Origin: Paramoeba atlantica
Lineage: Eukaryota; Protista; Discosea
Length of the DNA: 64,000 nucleotides
Direction: 5' to 3'
Assembly: GCA_977017575.1 (NCBI GenBank)
Contig: CDRNVI010000098.1
Location: forward strand, 1 to 64,000
Position 1 is the stretch's first letter; each line of letters opens with the position of its first letter. Positions 54,851-64,000 of this stretch are shown here, one piece after another. The notes beneath the pieces are model-generated. The model was not told the DNA's origin. It did no database searches and was given only the letters and a program-made list of their open reading frames with translations. The position numbers and the translations under genes are program-made.

Positions 54851-57637
54851 CTATAACTTTTTTTTCTCGACATGAAGCAAAGGGGCAAGCATTGAGAATT
54901 GAACGCCAGGCGAACTGCCAACGCCATCCATAGAGTACTCCCCACTGTTCGCGTCTTTGACAGAGGTACATTGACGGAGCGAGTCAAGCGTCGTCGGTTT
55001 CCAGCCCCTTTCCATTTTCATATCACTGTCAGTACCTATTTGAGTAGAAATAGAATTCTCCGCGTTCCTCCCTTCTTTTTTTGTTTTCCCAACATCGGTC
55101 ATTAAGATTACAGAGCTTTCTTGTTTCGTTTTTAATATCCCAGAATGTGACGGTTCATGAAAATCCCATTTACATGTAGCGTTAGACTCATGTGGCTGCA
55201 CCCATTCATTTGTTGTCTCTTTTTGACCACCTGAATCAAAGAAGTCAGAATTTAATGGAGAACTTGTCTGGACTTCATTCTCCGTCGTCCTTTTGAGAGG
55301 CTCAAAATCCTTTTTTATGACTTCCATAAAATTACATTCGGCTGGAAACATCACTTCACCGACAATATCGTCCAAGTCCTTTTCAATTTCCGCAGAGAAC
55401 GAATCTGAATCCGCACCAGATTCTTCTCTCTCCTCTATTTCCGTTTCTTTTTCCGAATTTTCAGATTTCGTTCCCAATTTTTCTTTCTCAAATTCTTCTT
55501 CTCCCTTGTCTTCTTCCTCGAAGACGCGACTAAATGATCGAACGAGCTGTGTCAGCTGGAATTCACTCCGTGTGTTATGGACTCCATCGCTTAACATTTC
55601 AGAGGCTTTAGGACTTGCCAATGCATTGCTGAGCCAATCCTGAGAAAGGGCTTCGGTTGTTTGTGAAATCTCAGGCGTTTCCAACAATGTTGGAGATGAA
55701 ATTGCTTCAGGTATTTTCTGTGCAAATGTTGATTTTGATCTCGACTTGGAAATATTCGTAACCACAGATTTTTTCTTTTGAACGATTTTCACCTCTTCTC
55801 GTGACGACGCGCTTATTTGTTTCCTGACTTCATAGGGCTCGTCTTGCATTTTACTGATGCGGAGTTCCTTTTGACGCACACTCATTTCATTTTCATCCCA
55901 CCTTTTCCGATAATGTAATCCCAATTCTTCGCGATAGCACCATAGGAATCGCCAGTACATTTGAAACACATGATCGACTTCCTTTAGACCTTGAAAATGG
56001 GGCGATTTCAGCGAATAGACACGCAAACGATCTTCCATGCCTTGAATCGATTTGTTTTTGCATCCAATTTCATTCGCATCCAGCGCAAAGCCAAGCTCGA
56101 ACGGAAGATAAAACAACCGAGGTAATTCGTGAAGCAGAATGTCCTTCCGTGTTTGTTGCGCACAAAAGGTTTTAAACGAGGTAAAGGAACTTCGGGTTAA
56201 CGTACTCTGAGCCTCTTTAAAGGTAAAACCCGTCACAGGCTTTCCACTACAAATACGGGAATGCCATAAATCATATCTTTTTTCACAGCAAACGTTAAAA
56301 TGGTGTTGGGCTAAGGTACGAAATGTTGGGGTAAAGATACCAGAGGTGCGCTTTGTCTTCGTTTCTCCGATAAGAAGTGGAGCCAAAAGCAGAAACGCTT
56401 GAAATAAGGATCGGCAGAGGTTGGGGGTGGTCGATATATTTTTTATGTGACTCGGGCTGGTAGGGTCGCCATCTAAACTTTTTTGAGTATCTTTGGGAAA
56501 AAGGCAAAGGGCGTTACTTAGGGCGTCTAGAATCCCGCGTAAAAAGATTGATAAAAGTTTATCCATCGTAAAATCTTTTGTGTTTTTTGAAGGGGTGGAT
56601 TGAACTTCGGATTTCTCACTACGAAGACTCTGAATACACAGAAGACAAGCCGCGAGACTCGGGGAAATTGTGAAGGGCTGATCTTCTGCCTGGGAATCAA
56701 ATGACTCATCCATGGTACGCTTCCAAAGTGTTGTCGCTCGATCCATGAGTACCTGGTCTACTTCTTCTTTTACACAGATCGTAGCAAAAAGATGGCAAAT
56801 ACTTGATTCCATTTTCTTTATTTTTTGTTCCTCGGTCACAACTTTATCGTTCTCGCTGCCTTCGTCTCTAACGGACCAGCCTGTCGCTTTTCGAATAGCA
56901 TTCATATTTCGCTGCGCATTTTCAGATCCAAAAAGAATAAAAGGCCTAGCCGCCGACATGGAGAGAAGAGAGTAAAGTAACGCGTCCACATAGCGTTTCT
57001 TTTGAAGATAGCACACCGAGAGTTGATTGTACGCATGGCCCCAGGTGGGATTCAAATGGGTTGCACTTTGATAATATTCAATCGCATGTGACATTGTTTT
57101 GTGATCAAAGGCATAGCTCGCATGATCGTTAACTTGATATTTTTTATCCTCTTTGCGAGATTCAGTATTTACTTCCGTTCGTTCGGTGGCATTCAAATCA
57201 GTTAATTGTTTCGGAAGCTGAGCTTCATATCGCCATAAGTCTCCCAAATTCATTACGCATTGATAACGAAGATCGCGTGAAACGCTACCCAATTCTGGGA
57301 CTTCCGACCTTGCGAATTCAGAAAGCGCTACCTCAATGTCAACAAAAAAACAACGGGCATTTCCAAGTGCTTGTGCGTATACTATCGAGGGTACATTTTT
57401 TTGCATCTCCTTCAAAAGTTCGTACATCAATTTCCAGATCAAGGCGAGCCTTTTCTTCTTTAAAAGAGTGGCTGCAAATGTCTCGCATTCGGTACTTTTC
57501 AAGCCGTTTTGGACTTCTTTCGCCATAGAGGCAAGAAGGGAAGAATTGTACTCTTTTGTCATGTCTTTCTTGTTCAGACTTCCGCGGACGATATCCATCG
57601 GCTTCACCACATCAACCGCATCATCTGAGTCCTTCAT
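54851..57637 (-). CDS. EST1/SMG5-7-like protein
   Basis: CVMNLGDLWRYE, YYQSATHLNPTWGHAYNQLSV and SLLSMSAARPF match the EST1 14-3-3/TPR-like domain. Confidence 0.7.
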   Translation of the reverse strand: MKDSDDAVDVVKPMDIVRGSLNKKDMTKEYNSSLLASMAKEVQNGLKSTECETFAATLLKKKRLALIWKLMYELLKEMQKNVPSIVYAQALGNARCFFVDIEVALSEFARSEVPELGSVSRDLRYQCVMNLGDLWRYEAQLPKQLTDLNATERTEVNTESRKEDKKYQVNDHASYAFDHKTMSHAIEYYQSATHLNPTWGHAYNQLSVCYLQKKRYVDALLYSLLSMSAARPFILFGSENAQRNMNAIRKATGWSVRDEGSENDKVVTEEQKIKKMESSICHLFATICVKEEVDQVLMDRATTLWKRTMDESFDSQAEDQPFTISPSLAACLLCIQSLRSEKSEVQSTPSKNTKDFTMDKLLSIFLRGILDALSNALCLFPKDTQKSLDGDPTSPSHIKNISTTPNLCRSLFQAFLLLAPLLIGETKTKRTSGIFTPTFRTLAQHHFNVCCEKRYDLWHSRICSGKPVTGFTFKEAQSTLTRSSFTSFKTFCAQQTRKDILLHELPRLFYLPFELGFALDANEIGCKNKSIQGMEDRLRVYSLKSPHFQGLKEVDHVFQMYWRFLWCYREELGLHYRKRWDENEMSVRQKELRISKMQDEPYEVRKQISASSREEVKIVQKKKSVVTNISKSRSKSTFAQKIPEAISSPTLLETPEISQTTEALSQDWLSNALASPKASEMLSDGVHNTRSEFQLTQLVRSFSRVFEEEDKGEEEFEKEKLGTKSENSEKETEIEEREESGADSDSFSAEIEKDLDDIVGEVMFPAECNFMEVIKKDFEPLKRTTENEVQTSSPLNSDFFDSGGQKETTNEWVQPHESNATCKWDFHEPSHSGILKTKQESSVILMTDVGKTKKEGRNAENSISTQIGTDSDMKMERGWKPTTLDSLRQCTSVKDANSGEYSMDGVGSSPGVQFSMLAPLLHVEKKKL

Positions 57638-58195
57638 TTTCTAATCGTTGAACGCGAGGACCAGAACAGCTTTTCCGGCACCAATTTGCGAAGCGAGTCG
57701 GATCTAAATGATGCGGTTCATAGATCCGAATAAATGCCAACGCTTCCTGAAAGTCAGATTACTTGTCGTGTTCGAAAGAACTGTACATGCGCCGAATTTC
57801 CTCCCATGATGGATTAAGAATGAGTTTCCGATTTATAAAATGAACATAAAATGCTGAATTTTACATGTAATTTTATTTCCGTGTGATCGCTAAAATATGA
57901 GGAAAGAGACAGCCTCTGATTGAATATCCGTAACATGAAATGAGGACATGAAATGAATCAACACGTTCTAAGGCTCACAGAGGCAATTACTGAGGCAAGT
58001 AAAACGGCAAGAAAATACATGTTTTTTCCTAATGCTACTCAAGACACACTGAAAAAATTAGAGTCACACAAGGGGCTGGAAAAATGCTGCCCATAAGTGT
58101 TTTGTGCACGAATTCTATCTATTTGTATTCTATTTGTCAAACTGTTTCCAAAAATCTTTTGCACGAAAACGTCGAGTTCCTTTCCAGTTTTAGTC

Positions 58196-59028
58196 TTAAA
58201 GCAAGAAAATTAAGTTGGACGTACGTATCGCTTCCACAACTAAATTATTCTTACCCAAGTTTAGATAAGTTAAGTTCCGTGGCAAGTTAAGTTCCACGCT
58301 TCCTTTCAATTGGTTGGAAGATAAATCCAGCTCCCTCAGCGACATTGCGATTTGTGAAACCGAGTCCTTAAATGGGGCACTCTGAGAAGAATTCAGTTTC
58401 CTTTTCTTGTTTGAATCCTGAAAATGTTCTCTCAGTAGAGTAGTATCAACTGAAATCCACGGATTTTCATGCAAGCCTTTATTCTTAAGCCTTTATTATT
58501 CTTAAGACGCAATAGTTCCAAATGATTTGGCACGTCGCTTATATGAAGCTTACCCGTAATTTCGTTAGAACTTAAATCTAGGATTCGAAGTGACGGAGGG
58601 AGTGCGGCAAACGTAGCTTGAAGGTTTCCGCTGATAAGATTGTGAGACAAATCTAACACACGGAGGCCAGTGGATAAGAAAGGCAAAGCTTTATCCGTCA
58701 CATTCAACTGATATCATTATGACAAAGAATGAGTTCTTGTAGTTCTCTCATATATACACAGGCAAGTTCCCCCAGTCATCGAATGAAATTTCCACTTTTC
58801 GTAAAGTTTCGGGAAAGACACTCCAATCAAAAGAAATTTCATGCTTGACGGTCGGAAATGAACGCGGCACCTTTTCAAAATTCCAATTAACTTCACGCAG
58901 CGCACACCCTTCCCAATGCAAAGTTTTGCTAAACAATTCATCAAATTCATGCGGGCGCTTTTCGATCGCGCTAGCATCTAAAAATTCTCCAAAATACGCA
59001 TTTAGACCTTGTTTCTGATCTGTTTCAT
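58196..59028 (-). pseudogene. Fragmented LRR gene, cut at the eukaryote/bacterium junction
   Basis: LRVLDLSHNLISG, LRILDLSSNEITG, LRELDLSSNQLKG in broken frames. Confidence 0.65.
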
Positions 59029-59436
59029 GTGCCGGTTCACATTGATATTAAAGAAGTACGCAAGCCAGAATTAAACGCAACCTTAGTGGCAATCAGTATT
59101 GCACAACAATTGGAGCGTCGAGTGATGTTTCGTCGTGCAATGAAACGTGCGGTGAGTAGTGCAATGCGCTTGGGTGCTGAGGGCATCAAAATTAATGTTG
59201 CTGGTCGTTTAGGTGGTGCTGAGATCGCGCGTAATGAATGGTACCGTGAAGGGCGTGTACCGTTACACACGTTCCGTGCGGATATCGATTATGGCGTTGC
59301 CAGAGCACAAACGACATATGGGGTGATTGGGGTTAAAGTATGGATCTTTAAAGGTGAGATCGTGAGCCCTAGTCAAAAAGAAGACCGTCAACAGGGTAGT
59401 GGTGATGTAGCATCAACCACTGAGACGGCAGTGTAA
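59029..59436 (+). CDS. rpsC: 30S ribosomal protein S3, 5'-truncated
   Basis: [13 protein letters not shown]...[14 protein letters not shown]; N-terminal ~100 aa missing. Confidence 0.93.
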   Translation: MPVHIDIKEVRKPELNATLVAISIAQQLERRVMFRRAMKRAVSSAMRLGAEGIKINVAGRLGGAEIARNEWYREGRVPLHTFRADIDYGVARAQTTYGVIGVKVWIFKGEIVSPSQKEDRQQGSGDVASTTETAV

Positions 59437-59448
59437 TTGAGGTGAAAC

Positions 59449-59862
59449 ATGCTGCAACCAAAGCGCACTAAATTTAGAAAACAGCAAAAAGGGCGTAATC
59501 GTGGCTTAGCACAGCGCGGTAGTAAAGTCAGTTTTGGTGATTTTGGCTTGAAAGCCACAGGGCGTGGGCGGTTAACGTCACGTCAAATCGAAGCAGCGCG
59601 TCGCGCAATTTCGCGTGCGGTAAAGCGTGGTGGAAAAGTATGGATTCGGGTATTTCCCGATAAACCAATTACTAAAAAACCATTAGAAGTGCGTCAAGGG
59701 AAAGGTAAGGGTAGTGTCGAGTATTGGGTTGCATTAATCCAGCCTGGGCGTGTGTTATTTGAATTAGAGGGTGTACCTGAAGAGTTAGCACGTGATGCTT
59801 TTGAAAAAGCAGCGTCTAAATTACCGTTTAAAACCCTCTTTGTATCGCGGACGGTGATGTAA
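59449..59862 (+). CDS. rplP: 50S ribosomal protein L16
   Basis: [19 protein letters not shown]; GAGG SD. Confidence 0.97.
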   Translation: MLQPKRTKFRKQQKGRNRGLAQRGSKVSFGDFGLKATGRGRLTSRQIEAARRAISRAVKRGGKVWIRVFPDKPITKKPLEVRQGKGKGSVEYWVALIQPGRVLFELEGVPEELARDAFEKAASKLPFKTLFVSRTVM

Positions 59863-60068
59863 TGAAAGCAGTTGAGTTACGTAAAAAATCGTTAACGGAG
59901 TTGCAACAAGAATTACGTGAATTGTTGCGTGAACAATTTAACTTAAAAATGCAGCGTGGTGCTGGGCATGCAACGCGTACTCATTTATTTAAAGAAGTAC
60001 GATGTAATATTGCTCGGGTAAAAACACTGATGCATGAGCAACAAACGGCAAAAGGTGGTGAGCAATAA
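59862..60068 (+). CDS. rpmC: 50S ribosomal protein L29
   Basis: MKAVELR...[11 protein letters not shown]; operon order. Confidence 0.95.
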   Translation: MKAVELRKKSLTELQQELRELLREQFNLKMQRGAGHATRTHLFKEVRCNIARVKTLMHEQQTAKGGEQ

Positions 60069-60343
60069 TGGCGGAAGTAGAACAAAAGCAGCGTACAGTT
60101 ACCGGTATCGTTGTTAGCGATGCCATGGATAAAACAATTGTGGTGCGTGTTGAGCGTCGAGTAAAACATCCATTGTATGGTAAAGTGATACGTCGCTTTA
60201 GTAAATTGCATGCACATGATGAAGACAATCAATGTCGTTTAGGTGATACCGTTGCTGTGTGTGCATCGCGCCCACTGTCAAAGAAAAAACGTTGGTGTTT
60301 AGTTGAGATTAAACAACGTCAGTTTGCCGGAGAACAGCCATGA
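60068..60343 (+). CDS. rpsQ: 30S ribosomal protein S17
   Basis: [12 protein letters not shown]...KHPLYGK...RPLSKKK. Confidence 0.96.
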   Translation: MAEVEQKQRTVTGIVVSDAMDKTIVVRVERRVKHPLYGKVIRRFSKLHAHDEDNQCRLGDTVAVCASRPLSKKKRWCLVEIKQRQFAGEQP

Positions 60344-60705
60344 TTCAAATGGGAAGCAAATTGGCAATAGCCGACAACAGTGGTGCACGTGCGGTCGAAT
60401 GCATTAAAGTACTGGGCGGTTCTAAGCGTCGTTATGCTGCTGTGGGTGATGTGATTAAAGTCTCAGTAAAAGAAGCGATCCCACGCAGCAAAGTGAAAAA
60501 AGGCGATGTGGTTAATGCTGTGGTGGTACGTACTAAAAAAGGTGTGCGCCGTCAGGACGGTTCGTTAATTCGTTTTGATGGTAATGCAGCTGTATTACTG
60601 AATGCACAATTGCAGCCGATTGGTACTCGGATCTTTGGTCCGGTTACTCGTGAATTGCGTGAACGTTTCATGCGAATTATTTCATTGGCGCCAGAGGTCT
60701 TATAG
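60340..60705 (+). CDS. rplN: 50S ribosomal protein L14
   Basis: [18 protein letters not shown]...ISLAPEVL. Confidence 0.97.
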   Translation: MIQMGSKLAIADNSGARAVECIKVLGGSKRRYAAVGDVIKVSVKEAIPRSKVKKGDVVNAVVVRTKKGVRRQDGSLIRFDGNAAVLLNAQLQPIGTRIFGPVTRELRERFMRIISLAPEVL

Positions 60706-60725
60706 GTTTATTAAGCGAGTTTATG

Positions 60726-61080
60726 ATGGCAAAGGCAGATTCAAAAAAAAATAGCACGCAATAAATACCGCATCAAAAAAAATGATGAAGTGGTAGTGAT
60801 TGCAGGGCGTTCTAAAGGTGTGCAGGGTAAAGTATTACGCATGTGCCCAGATGAACGTGTGTATGTGGAAGGGGCGAATATGGTGACTAAACACGTGCGT
60901 CCTAATCCAAACATTGGTGAAGCAGGTGGACGTAAGCAGCAAGAAGCACCTCTACACATTTCTAATGTAGCGATATTCAACCCGAAGACTAAAAAAGCCG
61001 ATCGGGTTGGTTATAAATATTTAGCTGATGGTAAAAAAGTACGGGTATTTTGCTCGACTAAAGAAGAAATTGATCTCTGA
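60726..61080 (+). CDS. rplX: 50S ribosomal protein L24 (1-nt frameshift in the A9 run at 60743-60751)
   Basis: Removing one A joins MAKADSKKIARNKYRIKKNDEVVVIAG to ORF 60790-61080. Confidence 0.9.
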
Positions 61081-61098
61081 TATAGGTGATAAGCAGTC

Positions 61099-61644
61099 AT
61101 GATACGCTTTGAAGAGTTATACAAAACACAAATACACCAGAAATTAATGCAACAGTTTGGCATGAATGCAATGCAAGTGCCGCGCATTGAAAAAATCACT
61201 TTGAATATGGGATTGGGTGAAGCGGCTGCAGATAAGAAAATCATTCAAGCAGCAGTTGGTGATATGACAGCGATTGCTGGGCAAAAGCCAGTGGTTACTG
61301 TGGCGCGTAAATCAATTGCTGGGTTTAAAATTCGTGATGGGTGGCCTATTGGTTGTAAAGTAACATTACGTGGCAAGCGCATGTATGAATTTTTAGAGCG
61401 CTTGGTGTGCATTGCTATTCCACGGGTGCGTGATTTTCGTGGACTTGGCCCAAAATCATTTGATGGCCGTGGTAATTACAGTTTAGGTATCAATGAACAG
61501 ATCGTGTTTCCTGAAATTGATTATGACACGATTGATACGATTCGTGGATTAGATATCACGATCACCACCACTGCCAACACCAACGAACATGCCAAAGCAT
61601 TATTAGCTGGTTTTGATTTTCCGTTTAAGAAAGAGGGTAATTGA
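61099..61644 (+). CDS. rplE: 50S ribosomal protein L5
   Basis: [14 protein letters not shown]...[10 protein letters not shown]. Confidence 0.97.
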   Translation: MIRFEELYKTQIHQKLMQQFGMNAMQVPRIEKITLNMGLGEAAADKKIIQAAVGDMTAIAGQKPVVTVARKSIAGFKIRDGWPIGCKVTLRGKRMYEFLERLVCIAIPRVRDFRGLGPKSFDGRGNYSLGINEQIVFPEIDYDTIDTIRGLDITITTTANTNEHAKALLAGFDFPFKKEGN

Positions 61645-61646
61645 TA

Positions 61647-61946
61647 ATGGCGAAAAAATCAGTCATTGCACGCAATCAACAACGTCGCGCTACTGTTGCA
61701 AAGTATGCTGACAGACGTGCTGAGTTAAAAAAGCAAGCACGTTCATTAGATCCGGAAGTGCGTATGGCTGCAATAGCGAAGTTACAAGCATTACCACGCA
61801 ATGCAAGTCCGGTTAGGTTGCGTAATCGTTGTGAAGAAACTGGGCGTGGGCGTGGTGTTTACCGTCGCTTTAATTTAAGTCGTCATAAGTTACGCGAGTT
61901 TGCTATGAAAGGGCAAATTCCAGGTTTACGTAAATCAAGTTGGTAA
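61647..61946 (+). CDS. rpsN: 30S ribosomal protein S14 (Zn-independent type)
   Basis: [19 protein letters not shown]...IPGLRKSSW. Confidence 0.95.
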   Translation: MAKKSVIARNQQRRATVAKYADRRAELKKQARSLDPEVRMAAIAKLQALPRNASPVRLRNRCEETGRGRGVYRRFNLSRHKLREFAMKGQIPGLRKSSW

Positions 61947-61971
61947 AAGATTGATGAGGATGAAATAGAGT

Positions 61972-62370
61972 ATGAGCATGCAAGATCCTATCGCCGATAT
62001 GTTAATTCGCATCAAGAATGCGCAGGCGGTATTCAAGCAACATGTCAGCATGCCAGCATCTAATGTAAAGCAGGCAATTGCGGCTGTGTTGATGCAAGAA
62101 GGTTATGTCAACGATGTTGACTTAGTTGATGATGTTGAGGGTAAATCGCAATTGCGTATCACCTTAAAATACCACCAAGGTAAAGGTGTTATTTGGCAAT
62201 TGAAACGGATTAGTCGACCAGGATTACGTATTTATAAAACGTGTAAACAGTTACCACGGGTAATGGGTGGTTTAGGTGTGGCGATTATTTCCACCTCGCA
62301 GGGAGTAATGGCTGATCACAAAGCACGCCAATGTGGCTTGGGTGGTGAAGTGCTTGTTGAAGTCAAATAG
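61972..62370 (+). CDS. rpsH: 30S ribosomal protein S8
   Basis: [16 protein letters not shown]...[10 protein letters not shown]. Confidence 0.97.
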   Translation: MSMQDPIADMLIRIKNAQAVFKQHVSMPASNVKQAIAAVLMQEGYVNDVDLVDDVEGKSQLRITLKYHQGKGVIWQLKRISRPGLRIYKTCKQLPRVMGGLGVAIISTSQGVMADHKARQCGLGGEVLVEVK

Positions 62371-62398
62371 CCTGAAGATGAATTAGGAGACAGATAGT

Positions 62399-62935
62399 AT
62401 GTCATTACGTGTTGCAAACAAGCCGATTCAAGTGCCAACGGGCGTTGACGTTAATGTCAACGGTCAGCAACTTGATATTAAAGGCAGCAAAGGCGCACTG
62501 ACTCATGTATTACACGATGCAGTGAATATCACTCATCAAGATGGTGTGTTGCAATTGTCGGCGAGTAATAACCAGCCAGACAACATTGCGTTGACGGGCA
62601 CCATGCGTGCCTTAATCAATAATATTGTGATTGGGGTCAGTCAGGGTTTTGAACGCAAACTTGAATTAAAAGGGGTAGGTTACCGCGCACAAGTGCAAGG
62701 TAAGAACTTGAATTTAACTGTTGGTTTTTCGCATCCGGTTGTTTTCCCGGTGCCTGAGGGAATTACCATTGAAACACCCAGTCAAACTGAGATTGTGGTC
62801 AAAGGTGCAGATAAGCAATTGGTGGGGCAAGTGACGGCTAATATTCGCCGTATTCGTCCACCTGATGCGTATAAAGGTAAAGGCATTCGTTATGCCGATG
62901 AACGAATTAGTTTGAAAGAAACTAAGAAAAAATAA
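62399..62935 (+). CDS. rplF: 50S ribosomal protein L6
   Basis: [10 protein letters not shown]...[13 protein letters not shown]. Confidence 0.97.
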   Translation: MSLRVANKPIQVPTGVDVNVNGQQLDIKGSKGALTHVLHDAVNITHQDGVLQLSASNNQPDNIALTGTMRALINNIVIGVSQGFERKLELKGVGYRAQVQGKNLNLTVGFSHPVVFPVPEGITIETPSQTEIVVKGADKQLVGQVTANIRRIRPPDAYKGKGIRYADERISLKETKKK

Positions 62936-62938
62936 CGC

Positions 62939-63010
62939 TATACTCAACGCATTTTGAATTTAGGCGAGGCGTAGCCAACAAAGACCTAAATTTAAAACGT
63001 GAAGAGTATA
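62939..63010. repeat. Palindromic REP-like insert between rplF and rplR
   Basis: TATACTC...GAATTTAGG / CCTAAATTT...GAGTATA arms around GCGAGGCGTAGCCAAC. Confidence 0.6.
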
Positions 63011-63073
63011 TTCTTGGTGGTTTCATCAGGGTTGTTATTTGGGTATTAAAACAATTTAAGTTGAGTAAAGCAG

Positions 63074-63424
63074 ATGAATTTACGTAAACAATCACGCCTA
63101 CGCCGCGCTAAGCGTAGCCGCAAAAAGATGCAAGAGTTGTGCGCAACACGATTATCAGTGCACCGCACACCAAAGCATATCTATGCACAAATGATCGATG
63201 CCAGCGGTAAAGTGGTTGCTGCTGCATCCAGTATTGAAAAAGAAATGGCGCAGCAAGGTTATACCGGCAATGTAGCTATGGCAAAACGCGTAGGTGAAGC
63301 TGTTGCTAAGCGTGCTAAGCAAGCCGGTGTTGAACGAGTCGCGTTTGATCGTTCTGGGTTTAAGTACCATGGTCGTGTTAAAGCGTTGGCAGACGCTGCA
63401 CGTGAAGGTGGTATTGAGTTTTAA
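63074..63424 (+). CDS. rplR: 50S ribosomal protein L18
   Basis: [14 protein letters not shown]...[23 protein letters not shown]. Confidence 0.97.
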   Translation: MNLRKQSRLRRAKRSRKKMQELCATRLSVHRTPKHIYAQMIDASGKVVAAASSIEKEMAQQGYTGNVAMAKRVGEAVAKRAKQAGVERVAFDRSGFKYHGRVKALADAAREGGIEF

Positions 63425-63438
63425 TAAAGGGTAATAGC

Positions 63439-63990
63439 ATGGCAACATACGATCAATCAACAAGTAGTGATGGCTTAATTGAAAAATTAGTAGCAGTTAA
63501 CCGTACCGCAAAAGTGGTTAAAGGTGGGCGCATCTTTGGTTTTACTGCAACAGTAGTTGTTGGTGATGGTAAAGGACGTATTGGTTATGGTCGTGGTAAA
63601 GCACGCGAAGTCCCCCCAGCAATTCAAAAAGCATTAGAGCAAGCACGTCGTGACATGACCAGTGTCGCTTTAAAAGGATCGACATTGCATTATGCGATAA
63701 CCGCTAACCATGGCGCTTCTAAAGTATTTATGCAACCTGCTACCGAGGGTACTGGAATTATTGCAGGTGGTGCGATGCGTGCAGTGTTTGAAGTATTAGG
63801 CGTGCACAATGTGTTAGCTAAGTGTTTTGGTTCAACCAATCCAATGAATGTTGTGTTGGCAACAATTAAGGGGTTAAGACAAATTGCCGCCCCTGAAGCG
63901 ATTGCTGAAAAACGCGGCAAACCGATTCATGCATTGTGGCATGGTACTAAGAAGCAATCTAAAGATACTGATCAGGCAGCAGCGGAGTAA
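63439..63990 (+). CDS. rpsE: 30S ribosomal protein S5
   Basis: [16 protein letters not shown]...[11 protein letters not shown]. Confidence 0.97.
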   Translation: MATYDQSTSSDGLIEKLVAVNRTAKVVKGGRIFGFTATVVVGDGKGRIGYGRGKAREVPPAIQKALEQARRDMTSVALKGSTLHYAITANHGASKVFMQPATEGTGIIAGGAMRAVFEVLGVHNVLAKCFGSTNPMNVVLATIKGLRQIAAPEAIAEKRGKPIHALWHGTKKQSKDTDQAAAE

Positions 63991-64000
63991 ATGCCATGGC

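Noticed and set aside
60743-60751. Programmed frameshift in rplX
   Set aside because: One extra A in an A9 run of an essential gene is best explained as a homopolymer sequencing error.

Overview
Bases 1 to ~59,028 are eukaryotic, most likely a kinetoplastid or related euglenozoan. All host genes are intronless and on the minus strand, and two copies of a spliced-leader (SL)-like sequence (core ACAGTTTCTGTAC) are present. Host genes: TBC+TLDc protein, 40S RPS17, PP2C+Tudor-like, MPDU1/PQ-loop, EDRF1-like, EST1/SMG5-7-like, and about 13 short LRR genes or pseudogenes. The region is crowded with mobile DNA: a Tc1/mariner element, a hAT remnant, a YR+RT (TATE/VIPER-like) remnant, several TA-flanked MITE families and two copies of an RLE-type (HERO-like) non-LTR retrotransposon. 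The most interesting part is a retro-system around that LINE. Two ~450-bp structured non-coding elements (X, two copies; Y, one copy) share a 3' hairpin with the LINE 3' UTR, and X carries six copies of a 12-nt motif between helices. A Y / SL-RNA-fragment / X concatemer is inserted in an LRR gene. The full-length LINE begins with an SL exon, has a 13-nt anti-SL segment in its 5' UTR, and is flanked by a ~700-bp duplication. From ~59,029 the sequence switches abruptly to a gammaproteobacterial S10/spc ribosomal protein operon (rpsC partial to rpsE) on the plus strand, most probably a chimeric join. All alignments were made by eye; no database searches were run.
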